Shown: piece after piece, positions 31,259 to 40,523 of the stretch
Numbering within the stretch: the first letter of the stretch is position 1
How the letters are laid out: each line of letters begins with the position of its first letter
NCBI GenBank assembly: GCA_035063585.1
Contig: JAPSGB010000005.1
Location: 64,001-128,000, forward strand
From: Polyangiaceae bacterium
GTDB lineage: Bacteria > Myxococcota_A > Polyangia > Polyangiales > Polyangiaceae
Direction: 5' to 3'
DNA length: 64,000 nucleotides
Made by a program: the position numbers and the translations under genes
The notes under the pieces: model-generated
The model's database searches: none
The model's input: only the letters and a program-made list of their open reading frames with translations
What the model was told of the DNA's origin: nothing

Positions 31259-32965
31259 TCAGTCGGACATGGTGACGCGGAGGATCTCCTCCGGCGTGGT
31301 CATGCCATCGAGCATCTTGCGGATCCCGCTCATACGCAGCGTGGACATCCCTCGCTTGATGGCGGCCGTCTTGAGCTCGGCGGTGGAGGCGCCTTGCAGT
31401 ACCATCTCCTTCAGCTCATCGCCGAAGCGCATGACTTCGTAGAGGGCGATGCGGCCCTTGTAGCCGCTGCCGCTGCAGGTGTTACAGCCTGCGCCCTTCA
31501 GCACCTTCGCGCCCTCGATCGCATCGGCCGGTACCCCCATGTCGAGCAGCGCCGGCGCATCGATCTCGTGCGGGCGCTTGCAGTCGGTGCACACGCGACG
31601 CGCGAGGCGTTGCGCCAGCACCAGGTTCACGCTCGCAGTAATCAGGAACGGCTCCACGCCCATGTTGAGCAGGCGCGAGATGGTCGCGGGCGCGTCGTTG
31701 GTGTGTAGGGTCGAGAGCACGAGGTGGCCGGTGAGCGCCGCCTTCACGCTGATCTCGGCGGTCTCGAAGTCGCGGATCTCTCCCACCATGATGATGTCCG
31801 GGTCCTGCCGGAGGAACGAGCGCAGCGCCATGGCGAAGTTCAGCCCGATCTCGTCGTGCATCTGCACCTGGTTGATGCCCGGGAGGTTGTACTCGACGGG
31901 GTCTTCCGCGGTGCTGATGTTGACGTCCGCCTTGTTGAGATCGCTGAGCGCGGAGTAGAGCGTGGTGGTCTTGCCGGAGCCGGTCGGGCCGGTGACCAGC
32001 ACCATCCCCCAGGGTTGACCGATCGCCCACTTGAAGTCATCGAGCGGCTTCTGATCGAAGCCGAGCTTGGTCATGTCGAGCTGGAGGTTGCCCTTGTCGA
32101 GGAGCCGGAGGACGACCTTCTCGCCCCACATGGTCGGCAAGACCGACACGCGGAAGTCCATCTCGCGGCCCTTGCCGAGCTTCAGCTTGATGCGGCCGTC
32201 CTGCGGGAGCCGCCGCTCGGCGATGTCGAGCTGACTCATGATCTTGAGGCGGCTCACCAGCGCCGCCTTGAGCTTGAGCGGCGGGGTCATCTCCTCATGA
32301 AGTACGCCGTCGATGCGATATCGGACGCGGAGGCGCTTCTCGTAAGGCTCGACGTGGATGTCGCTCGCGCCCTTCCGAATGGCGTTGAGCAAGAGCACGT
32401 TCACGAGACGGACGACCGGCGCGTCCTCACTCTGGCGCTCGAGCTCGAGGGCGTTGAAATCCTCCTCGTCAGCGCCGAAATCGATGTCCTCGTCGCCGAG
32501 ATCGAAGTCCGCCATCACCTCCTCGTAGGAGGGCCCCGCGTTGAAGTGGCGCTCGATCGCGGCTTGGATCGCCGACTCGCTGGCGACGACGGGCTCGACG
32601 TTATAGCTGGTGAGAAACTTGATGTCGTCGATCGCGTGCAGGTTGGTCGGGTCGGCCATCGCGACGATGAGCGACGCGCCCGAGCGCGAGACCGGGATGA
32701 TCTTGTGCTTCTCGCAGACCTCGCGGCTCACGAGCTTGATGATCTCCGCGTCGATCTCGTACTCGTCGAGGTCGATGGCGGGCAGCCGGTACTGCGAGCT
32801 CAGGAAATTCGTGATCTCGCCGTCGGAGATGTACCCGAGCTTGGCGAGGGTGTATCCGAGGTTCTGGCCGGAGCGCCGCTGCTCCTCTTGAGCCTGGCGG
32901 AGCTGCTGCAGGCTGATGAGCTTCTCGCGGACCAGGAGCTCGCCGAGTCGATTTCCAGTGCTCAT
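31259..32965 (-). CDS. pilB: Type IV pilus assembly ATPase
   Basis: MshEN-like RLGELL start, ASDIHVEP, RLPQDGR, GPTGSGKTTT, tetra-Cys CTDC/CNTC. Confidence 0.96.
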   Translation of the reverse strand: MSTGNRLGELLVREKLISLQQLRQAQEEQRRSGQNLGYTLAKLGYISDGEITNFLSSQYRLPAIDLDEYEIDAEIIKLVSREVCEKHKIIPVSRSGASLIVAMADPTNLHAIDDIKFLTSYNVEPVVASESAIQAAIERHFNAGPSYEEVMADFDLGDEDIDFGADEEDFNALELERQSEDAPVVRLVNVLLLNAIRKGASDIHVEPYEKRLRVRYRIDGVLHEEMTPPLKLKAALVSRLKIMSQLDIAERRLPQDGRIKLKLGKGREMDFRVSVLPTMWGEKVVLRLLDKGNLQLDMTKLGFDQKPLDDFKWAIGQPWGMVLVTGPTGSGKTTTLYSALSDLNKADVNISTAEDPVEYNLPGINQVQMHDEIGLNFAMALRSFLRQDPDIIMVGEIRDFETAEISVKAALTGHLVLSTLHTNDAPATISRLLNMGVEPFLITASVNLVLAQRLARRVCTDCKRPHEIDAPALLDMGVPADAIEGAKVLKGAGCNTCSGSGYKGRIALYEVMRFGDELKEMVLQGASTAELKTAAIKRGMSTLRMSGIRKMLDGMTTPEEILRVTMSD

Positions 32966-33078
32966 GAATGTTCCAGTTCGAGGTGAATCCGAACAGTCTA
33001 CCACGCCGCTCGGCACCTCCGGGCTAGTCATTTTCCGCCTCGGTCCTCTACGATTCGGGCGGCCGGCAGATGGGGTTC

Positions 33079-34209
33079 ATGTCACGCATCAAGGCGCTCG
33101 TCTCGTCTCGCCGGGGGAGCGCGGAGGCGCGCCGCCAGGAGGCGCTCGGTAACCTCGAAGCGGCGACCGCGCTCTATCTCGAGCGGGGGGAGCGCGCGGA
33201 GGCCGCGCGGCTCTACGCGCTCCGCGCCGACGGCGCGCTCGACTCTGCGGCGCGCCTCCTCCTCCTCGCGCAAGCCGCCGAGCACGCCACCGGCGAGGCG
33301 AGGCGTGAGCTCCTGGTTCGGCGCGCCGGCCTGCTCGTCGAGCTCGCGCGCGCGGGAGCGCTCGAGTTCGGCGCGAGCGAGCTCCGGCGGCTCGGGGCGG
33401 AGCTCGAGTCGACCGGCGAGCACGGGGTCGCCGCCGACCTCTACCGGTTCGCCGGAGATGGCGAGGCGGAGGCGAGCGCGCTGGTCGCCGCGGGCGCGGT
33501 GGAGCGACTCGAGCAGGTCCTCGACCAGCGCGCGCTTGCGGAACGGCGGGAGCGCGAGCTCCGCGAGCGCGCGCGACGCGTCCAGGATCTGTTCGAGGCG
33601 GGGCGACGTCGCGAGGCGCTCGCGCTCGGCAGCGCGCTCACCGAGCACGCGGACGTGGCGGCGATCGTCGGGCGCATCGAGCGCGATCGCGTGAGCGGGC
33701 CCTGCGCGTGGCTCGTCGTCGGAGGCGACGCGCTCGAGGTCGTCTTCGGCGACAGCGTCTCGATCGGTCGCGCCGAGGCGACGCTCGCGGTCGCCTCGCC
33801 GGCGGTGAGCCGCAAGCACCTGGTGATCCGCCGCGGGAGCGCGGGACCCGAGGTGCTCGACGCCGGCTCGCACAACGGGACGACGCTCTCCGGCGTGCGG
33901 CTCGCCGCGCCGCTCGCGGTGGGCCAGGGGCTCGCGCTCGTGCTCGGCGGCGAGCTCGAGGTCCGCGTTCGCCCCTGGGAGCGCGGGGTCGTCATCGAGC
34001 TCGGGCAGCGGACCGTGCACGCGCCGCTCGGTCCTCTCGAGGTCGGCGCGTGGCAGGTCGCTCTCGCGAGCGACGCTTGGCTCGAGCTCGAGTCGCGCGA
34101 GCCGGCCTACTTCGGGTCGCTCCGCACCGAGGCGCGCGTCGAGCTCTGCCGCGGCGACGCGCTCTCGCGGGAGCCGGGCGGTCCGGTAGTGCTCGAGGTG
34201 CGGCGGTGA
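33079..34209 (+). CDS. Helical-repeat plus FHA domain protein
   Basis: FHA motifs SIGR, VSRKH, SHNGT after an alpha-helical N-terminus. Start 33070 or 33079. Confidence 0.8.
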   Translation: MSRIKALVSSRRGSAEARRQEALGNLEAATALYLERGERAEAARLYALRADGALDSAARLLLLAQAAEHATGEARRELLVRRAGLLVELARAGALEFGASELRRLGAELESTGEHGVAADLYRFAGDGEAEASALVAAGAVERLEQVLDQRALAERRERELRERARRVQDLFEAGRRREALALGSALTEHADVAAIVGRIERDRVSGPCAWLVVGGDALEVVFGDSVSIGRAEATLAVASPAVSRKHLVIRRGSAGPEVLDAGSHNGTTLSGVRLAAPLAVGQGLALVLGGELEVRVRPWERGVVIELGQRTVHAPLGPLEVGAWQVALASDAWLELESREPAYFGSLRTEARVELCRGDALSREPGGPVVLEVRR

Positions 34210-35468
34210 GCCCGTCGTGGTGGCGCCGGCTGGTCGGCGGCGCGCGCCCGAAGGCGTCCGCGCCCCGCGCGGCCTCCCCCCCGCCGCCGCCTGTCGAGCC
34301 TGCGCTCGCCGCCGTGAGCGGCCAGGATGCGCGCGGGCTCGACGCGCTCGACCCGAGCTCGCCCGCGCCGCTCGCGGATGCGCTCGCCGCGCTGCGCGCG
34401 GCCGAGGGCAGCACGCGCGAGCGCGCCGCCATCGAGGCGGTGCTCCGGGCGCGCGGCGCAGGTCGCGCGCCCGAAGAGCTGCTGGTCGCTCTCGCGGGGC
34501 TCCTCGGCCGGCGCGGCGAGCCGGAGCGCGCGCTCACCATCCTCCTCGGGCTCCGCTCGAACGCTGCGCTCTTGATGGCGGCGGATCTGCTCGCGGCTCA
34601 GGGGCTCGTCGCGGACGCGCTCGCGCGGGTCGAGCGAGTGATGGCGCGCGACCTCGGCTGGCCTGGCGCGCGCGAGCGACACACGCGATGGGCCGAGCGG
34701 CTCGGCAGAGCACCGGCGCGCCCGCCCTCTGCGGCCGAGCCGACCGTGCTGCGCCACGAGCTGCCGGTGTCGTCCCTCCGCATCGTGGGCGAGGCTGGTC
34801 GCGGCGGCGCGGGGGTCGTCTACGAGGCGGTGGATGACGCGCTCGAGCGCCGCGTAGCGCTCAAGGTATACCATCACTCGAGCGCGGAGCGGTCACAGCT
34901 CGAGCGCGAGGCGCGCCTCGCGGTGGAGCTTGCCGGGCCGGGCGTGGTCCGCGTGTTCGACCTGGATCCGGAGCGCGGGTGGCTCATCATGGAGTGGCTC
35001 CCGAGCGGCGCGCTGAAGCGCTGGCTCACGCGCGCGGACGTCGAGCTGCTCTGGCCCATCGAGCGTTGGTTCACGCCGCTCATCCGGGCGCTCGCCCGCG
35101 TGCACGCCGCCGGGCTGGTGCACGCGGATCTGAAGCCGGCAAACGTGCTGTTCCGCGATCCGTCATCGCCCCTCGTGAGCGACTTCGGGCTCGCCGCGCC
35201 TCCGGGCACGCGGTCGGAGGGCGGGAGCCTCGGCTACCTCTCACCGGAGCGCCTGTCGTCGGGCATCCTCGGCTACTCCGACGACGTCTACGCGCTCGGT
35301 CGCATCCTAGAGGACGCGCTCGACGTGCTCTCGCGGCCTCGGCCGGCGGGCGAAGCGCTCGCGCGGTGGCGCGAGGTCGCCGAGCGCGCCACCGCACCGG
35401 CCTCGGGTCGCCCCGCCGACGCGAGCGCGCTGCTCGCCGTCACCCTGCGGCAAGGCGGGACTGCTTGA
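34206..35468 (+). CDS. Hanks-type Ser/Thr protein kinase (non-RD)
   Basis: GRGGAGVVY, VALK, HADLKPAN, DFG, YLSPE, DVYALG; GTGA overlap with the FHA gene. Confidence 0.9.
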   Translation: MSPSWWRRLVGGARPKASAPRAASPPPPPVEPALAAVSGQDARGLDALDPSSPAPLADALAALRAAEGSTRERAAIEAVLRARGAGRAPEELLVALAGLLGRRGEPERALTILLGLRSNAALLMAADLLAAQGLVADALARVERVMARDLGWPGARERHTRWAERLGRAPARPPSAAEPTVLRHELPVSSLRIVGEAGRGGAGVVYEAVDDALERRVALKVYHHSSAERSQLEREARLAVELAGPGVVRVFDLDPERGWLIMEWLPSGALKRWLTRADVELLWPIERWFTPLIRALARVHAAGLVHADLKPANVLFRDPSSPLVSDFGLAAPPGTRSEGGSLGYLSPERLSSGILGYSDDVYALGRILEDALDVLSRPRPAGEALARWREVAERATAPASGRPADASALLAVTLRQGGTA

Positions 35469-35547
35469 CGGGATCGGCCCGGCTCACATACTTGCCCTGG
35501 CTCTCGCGGCTCGCGCGGCGGGCCGCTCCGCGCGCAGGACTCGACGA

Positions 35548-36735
35548 GTGAAGAAGACCTTCAGCGAACTTTTCGCGGACGCTCGTGACGAGGTGGAGCT
35601 CGTCTCGCTCGAGGCGCTGGCGGCGCGGCTGGAGCGGCCCGCGCCGCCCGTGCTCGTGGACGTGAGGGAGAAGGACGAGGTGCGGAGCGGGATGATCCCG
35701 GGCGCCATCCACATCCCGCGCGGCTTCCTCGAGGTGCGCGCCGAGGAGTTGCTCCCTGACCGGGACGCCGAGATCGTCGTCTACTGCGCGGCCGGGGTAC
35801 GGAGCGTGCTGGCAGCGAAGACGCTCGCGGAGCTCGGCTACACCCGCGTGTCGAGCGCCGATCCCGGGTTCATGCGCTGGCGGGATCTCGAACTACCGGT
35901 GGAGGTGCCGCCGAGCTTCACCGACCAGCAACGCGAGCGCTATTCCCGTCATCTGCTCGTGCCCGAGCTCGGCGAGCTCGGCCAGGCGAGGTTGCTCGCG
36001 AGTCGCGTGCTCCTGCTCGGTGCGGGCGGCCTCGGTTCGCCGGCGGCGCTCTATCTGGCTGCGGCCGGGGTCGGCACCCTCGGGCTGGTCGACGCCGATC
36101 GCGTAGAGCTCTCGAACCTGCAGCGACAGGTCATACATGCGACGAGCCGCCTCGGCCGAATGAAGGTGGATAGCGCCGAGTCGGTGCTCGGCGACCTGAA
36201 CCCGGACGTGCGCGTGCTCAAGTATCCCGAGCGTCTCACTCGCGAGAACGTCGATCGAGTCTTCGGCGTCGGCTGGGACGTCATCGTCGACGGTTGCGAC
36301 AACTTCCCGACGCGCTACCTCGTGAACGACGCCTCGCTCCTGCATCGGATCCCGGTCGTGCACGGCTCCATCTTCCGCTTCGACGGCCAGGTGACGACCT
36401 TCGCGCCTTTGGCGCCGTGGAGCGGCCCCTGTTACCGCTGCCTGTATCCCGAGCCGCCCCCTCCCGAGCTCGCTCCCTCGTGCGTCGAGGCCGGAGTGCT
36501 CGGCGTGCTGCCCGGGACCATCGGGCTGCTCCAGGCGACCGAGGCTTTGAAGCTACTGCTCGGGCGCGGCGAGCCGCTGGTCGGGCGGCTCCTCGCGTAC
36601 GACGCGCTCGCGATGACCTTCCGCACCCTCAGGTTCTCGAAGGAGCCTCGTTGTCCGGCCTGCGGCGAGGCGCGCGCCCGCGACGGATACCCCGACTACG
36701 AGGGTTTTTGTCGAGGCGGCGCGGCACACGTCTGA
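35548..36735 (+). CDS. moeB: Rhodanese plus ThiF/MoeB adenylyltransferase
   Basis: Rhodanese YCAAGVRS; RYSRH, GAGGLGS, SNLQRQ, CYRC, CPAC. Confidence 0.9.
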   Translation: MKKTFSELFADARDEVELVSLEALAARLERPAPPVLVDVREKDEVRSGMIPGAIHIPRGFLEVRAEELLPDRDAEIVVYCAAGVRSVLAAKTLAELGYTRVSSADPGFMRWRDLELPVEVPPSFTDQQRERYSRHLLVPELGELGQARLLASRVLLLGAGGLGSPAALYLAAAGVGTLGLVDADRVELSNLQRQVIHATSRLGRMKVDSAESVLGDLNPDVRVLKYPERLTRENVDRVFGVGWDVIVDGCDNFPTRYLVNDASLLHRIPVVHGSIFRFDGQVTTFAPLAPWSGPCYRCLYPEPPPPELAPSCVEAGVLGVLPGTIGLLQATEALKLLLGRGEPLVGRLLAYDALAMTFRTLRFSKEPRCPACGEARARDGYPDYEGFCRGGAAHV

Positions 36736-36798
36736 GCGCGCCGACGCCGCGAGCCCACCGCGCCGAACCGACCACCCTCTCGAGAGGCCTGCCGGCGG

Positions 36799-37848
36799 TC
36801 AGGCGCTGGCGGCGATCTCGCCCGCCGGCTCGCTCTCCCGCACCGGCGCGGGCTGCTCGAAGAACGTCGGCCAGCTCGGCTCGAGCCCGAGCGCAGCGCG
36901 CCGCGCGAGCTCCCGGCGGGTGACCAGCACCGTCGCGTAGAGCGCGGTGACGCTGAGCGCGAGCCCGACCACCACATCGATGACGTAGTGCCAGCGGAGG
37001 AACATGGTCGCGCCGATGATGTTGACGGCGAAGAGCGCGACGATGGGCCAGGTGTACTTGAAGGGCAGCTTGTCGCGGTGGCGGAACGAGAAGAGCGCGA
37101 TGTAGGTCGGTGCCGCCGTGTGGAGGGAGGGGAAGATGTCCTTCTGCGCGCCACCCTCCGCGACCGTCTTCATCACCATGTCGAGCCACATCCCGTGCGG
37201 GAAGGGGCGCTGGAACTGATCGGCCATGGCCTCGTGCGGGCCAAAGCCGGGCACCACCATGTAGAGCGTGTGGCCGACGCAGAACACGATCAGCATCCCG
37301 AGCGCGAACTCGCCGAGCAGCCGCTGTTGTCGCGAGCCCATCAGGATCGGGATCACGTGAAGCGCGAGCACGAAGAAGTAGGCGAAATAGAAGAACGAGA
37401 ACCACTCGGTGGTGAGCGGCGTGACGATGCGATCGAGGTAGATGGCCGGCTCGACGCCGAAGACCCGCATGTCGAACTGGTAGAGCTCTTGATCGAGCGA
37501 GCGCGAGTTCACCATCGGCAAGAGTATCGCCATGAAGAAGTAGCTCAGCTGGACCGTGCCGTAGATCGCCAGGCGGTAGGTGAGGGGCGCGAAGAACGAA
37601 TGGCGAAGGATGCGGCCGCGCACCAAGAAGAGGACCGCGACCAGGAACGCGAGGAGCGCCGCCACGCGCTCCTGCGACTCCACCTGCGCCGGGCCGGGCG
37701 TGCCGCGCCAGGTGGCGACGTTCAAGACCAGGAGATAGGTGAAGACGAGCCAGTCGTGCGGGGCCAGCTCACGCAGCGTCCGCTGCCAATACGGCGGCTC
37801 CCGGCGTTCCGCCGGGTCGAGCCCCGAGAGTGATCCTGCCGTCCGCAT
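36799..37848 (-). CDS. PAP2-superfamily membrane enzyme (Aur1/IPC-synthase-like)
   Basis: TM helices; PGFGP, IFPSLH, RWHYVID motifs. Confidence 0.82.
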   Translation of the reverse strand: MRTAGSLSGLDPAERREPPYWQRTLRELAPHDWLVFTYLLVLNVATWRGTPGPAQVESQERVAALLAFLVAVLFLVRGRILRHSFFAPLTYRLAIYGTVQLSYFFMAILLPMVNSRSLDQELYQFDMRVFGVEPAIYLDRIVTPLTTEWFSFFYFAYFFVLALHVIPILMGSRQQRLLGEFALGMLIVFCVGHTLYMVVPGFGPHEAMADQFQRPFPHGMWLDMVMKTVAEGGAQKDIFPSLHTAAPTYIALFSFRHRDKLPFKYTWPIVALFAVNIIGATMFLRWHYVIDVVVGLALSVTALYATVLVTRRELARRAALGLEPSWPTFFEQPAPVRESEPAGEIAASA

Positions 37849-37967
37849 GGCGAGCCGCGCCTCTAGCGCGACTCCGAGTCTAGCGCGAGCGCGCCCGGCG
37901 GAGGTACCGGCGCGCCCGAGCTCGGGGGCAAGGTGCGTAAGTGATTACGCAGCGGCGCGCGTGCGCC

Positions 37968-38753
37968 TCAGCGCCGCGCGCGCCCGTGGCGCGGCGCGGC
38001 GTTCGTCTCTGCTTCGGGCGCGTCTTCGTCGTCGGCGGAGCCGGGGCCGATCCGCATCCGCTCACCCTCGGTTCGGAAGAGCACCTCGCCGGCGTCGGTC
38101 ACGCGCGCGCGCACGAAGTCTCGCGCGCTCAGGCCGGCGAGCAGCGCCTCGGCGTCGCTCTCGTCGACGCGCATCACGCTCGCCAGACGCGCGGCGGAGA
38201 GCTCCGGTCCGAGCTCGCGCATGACGTCCGACGCCACCAGCTCCCAGGCCTCGTCGAGCGCCGTGTCGCGCTCGCGCGCATGACGACCGCCCCGCTTCCA
38301 CGCCCACGCCGCGAGCAGCATCGGCACGCTCACGCCGAGGAGCAAGCCCGCCGTCGCGAGCGCGCCTCCCGACGCCACGAGGAGCGTCAAGACCCCCACC
38401 ACGAGCGACACCAACCCGAAGGCCCCGAGCGCGGCGCTACCGGCGCGCCACGCGGTGGAGCGAACGCGCGCGCGCTGCGTGCGCTCGAGCGCACGCACTT
38501 CGCGGCCCGTGCGCGCGATGGCACCGTCGTCGAGCGGGATGCGCGGGCCGCCGCACACGCGGCAGCGGAAGCGGAGCTGCGGATCGGGCTCCACGTCGGT
38601 GACCGAGCGGCAGTGCGGGCACCGGTTGCGCTCGCCGTAGGTCGCGCCGCACGAGCGACAGCGCAGCGTACCCGGCTCGAGAGCGTCGCCACACACGCGG
38701 CAGGTGTCGCCCGGCGCCGGTGCGCCAGCCACGGCTGGATTTCTCGCGGTCAA
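37968..38753 (-). CDS. Zinc-ribbon membrane protein with probable C-terminal winged helix
   Basis: Four CxxC (CRVC, CRSC, CPHC, CRVC), two TM helices, helical C-terminus. Start uncertain. Confidence 0.72.
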   Translation of the reverse strand: MTARNPAVAGAPAPGDTCRVCGDALEPGTLRCRSCGATYGERNRCPHCRSVTDVEPDPQLRFRCRVCGGPRIPLDDGAIARTGREVRALERTQRARVRSTAWRAGSAALGAFGLVSLVVGVLTLLVASGGALATAGLLLGVSVPMLLAAWAWKRGGRHARERDTALDEAWELVASDVMRELGPELSAARLASVMRVDESDAEALLAGLSARDFVRARVTDAGEVLFRTEGERMRIGPGSADDEDAPEAETNAAPRHGRARR

Positions 38754-38857
38754 GCGCTCGGAGGCCTACCGCCGATCCTCGCCCGCGTCACGGCCTTGCG
38801 CGAATTTCCCCGCGGGGAGGCTGGCTCGAGCGCCTCCGGTGTAATAGTGTTCCAGCC

Positions 38858-39949
38858 GTGAAGCGCCTCGAGGCGGTCGACGAGCCACTGACGCCGGAGG
38901 GCGAAGCAGCTTGCCGGCCGGAGAGCGAGCTCGCCGCGGCGCTGCATGAGGTGTCGAACGCGCTGACGGTGGTGCTCGGGTGGCTCGACGCCGCCTACGC
39001 GGGGTTACCCGCCGGCGCGCCGCGCGAGGCAGTGGAGGTGGCGCGCACCCACGCGCGCCGCGGTCACCGGCTGGCGCGCGAGGCCATCGGCGCGACCGTG
39101 ACGCTCTCCGACGCGGATCGCACCGCGTCCGCGCTCGCGCGCGAGGTGCTTCGCGGGGTTGCCAAGGAGAGTGAGCGCCGCGGCGTTCGGCTCGAGCTCA
39201 TGGCTCGGAGCGACGAGGCCCTGGTGCACGATCCGGGCGCGGTGGCTCAGATCCTCTTGAACCTGCTCCTGAACGCGGTGGCGTTCTCGCCGGAAGGCGG
39301 CGCGGTCGAGCTCCGTGTGAGCGACGACGGACACTCCGTCGTGTTCGAGGTGCACGACGATGGCCCGGGGATCTCGGCGGAGCGCGCCGAGGAGCTCTTC
39401 GCGTCGCCGGGCTCGACCCGCGCCGGCGGTGCGGGCATCGGCCTGCGTCACGCGGCCGAGCTCGCTCGGCGGCACGGCGGCGCGCTCGCGCTCGCGCAGG
39501 CGGGGCCGAGCGCGTGCTTCCGACTCTCGTGGCCCATGGTCGCCGCGCGCTCCGGTACCCGCGTGACGGCGGCTCCCCCGCGCTCGATCGCGGACGCACG
39601 CGTGCTCGTGCTCGAGGATGACGTCGCGGTGCGCTCGCTCATCGAGCTCGCGCTCGAAGCGCGCGGCGCGCAGGTGCTCTGCGCGAGCAACCTCGATGAG
39701 CTCGAGCGGGTCACCGCGCGGGGCGCGCTCCTCGACGCCGCGCTGGTCGATCTCTCACCCATCGCCGCGGACGTCCGCGGCGCGCTCGCGCTGGTGCGCC
39801 GCGTGAGCCCCTCGGTCCCGGTGGTGCTCATCAGCGGCGCCGCGAGCGGCGTGCCCGAAGGGCTCGCCGGGGAGTTCGCGGCGTGGGTGCGGAAGCCCTT
39901 CGAGCTCGGCGAGATCCTCGACACGCTCGCGGACGTGCTCGGAGCCTGA
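38858..39949 (+). CDS. Hybrid histidine kinase/receiver without a sensor domain
   Basis: H-box LHEVSNAL, N-box NLLLNA, DDGPG, GAGIGL; receiver VLEDD, VD, KPF. Start inferred. Confidence 0.87.
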   Translation: MKRLEAVDEPLTPEGEAACRPESELAAALHEVSNALTVVLGWLDAAYAGLPAGAPREAVEVARTHARRGHRLAREAIGATVTLSDADRTASALAREVLRGVAKESERRGVRLELMARSDEALVHDPGAVAQILLNLLLNAVAFSPEGGAVELRVSDDGHSVVFEVHDDGPGISAERAEELFASPGSTRAGGAGIGLRHAAELARRHGGALALAQAGPSACFRLSWPMVAARSGTRVTAAPPRSIADARVLVLEDDVAVRSLIELALEARGAQVLCASNLDELERVTARGALLDAALVDLSPIAADVRGALALVRRVSPSVPVVLISGAASGVPEGLAGEFAAWVRKPFELGEILDTLADVLGA

Positions 39950-40012
39950 GCCGAGCGCGGTCGGGCAGTGGTGCCGGTCCGGCGCGAGCGCCTCGCGGCG
40001 CGACGTATGCGC

Positions 40013-40040
40013 TGGACACTATATCGTGAAGCGATATAAG
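40013..40040 (+). promoter_or_regulatory. Sigma70-like promoter with overlapping palindromic operator
   Basis: TGGACA-N16-TATAAG; perfect inverted repeat TATATCG-N5-CGATATA at 40020-40038. Confidence 0.7.
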
Positions 40041-40046
40041 GGCGCC

Positions 40047-40523
40047 GTGAACCATGACTTGACCGAGGACGATTACGTCCTCCTCTTCGAGCTTCGAAGG
40101 TCGATTCGGCGCTTCCTTCGCTTCAGCGAGGAGGCCGCGCGAGCGCTCCGCGTGGAGCCTCAGCAACACCAGGCGATGCTCGCCATCCGCGCCAACGCGC
40201 GGCTCGGCCGGGCCCGGATCGGGGATCTTGCCGACTGGCTCCAGCTCCGCCACCACAGCGCGGTGGAGCTGGTCGATCGCCTGGTCCAGCGCGGCCTCGT
40301 GGAGCGCTCGCGCGGTGAGGGCGACCGGCGCTTCGTCCACGTCGCGCTCACCGCGGAGGGCGCGCAGGTGCTCGCCGAGCTGTCACGGCACCATCAGGCC
40401 GAGCTCCGGAGGGCCGGGCCTGCGCTCGCGCGGGTCCTCGAACAGCTCACCGGCGACGCGGGGTCGGCTGACGCCGCGAAGCTCGCGCTCGAGCACGAGA
40501 CGAAGGGGCTCGGCGAGTCATGA
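40047..40523 (+). CDS. MarR family transcriptional regulator
   Basis: IGDLADWLQLRHHSAVELVDRLVQRGLVER..DRRFVHVALT. Start placed at GTG 40047 (in frame with the ORF-track start 40026). Confidence 0.9.
   Translation: MNHDLTEDDYVLLFELRRSIRRFLRFSEEAARALRVEPQQHQAMLAIRANARLGRARIGDLADWLQLRHHSAVELVDRLVQRGLVERSRGEGDRRFVHVALTAEGAQVLAELSRHHQAELRRAGPALARVLEQLTGDAGSADAAKLALEHETKGLGES

Noticed and set aside
32840..32955. Functional c-di-GMP-binding MshEN motif in PilB
   Set aside because: The motif is partly degenerate (Lys at the conserved Gly; the second repeat starts NLG), so binding cannot be claimed.
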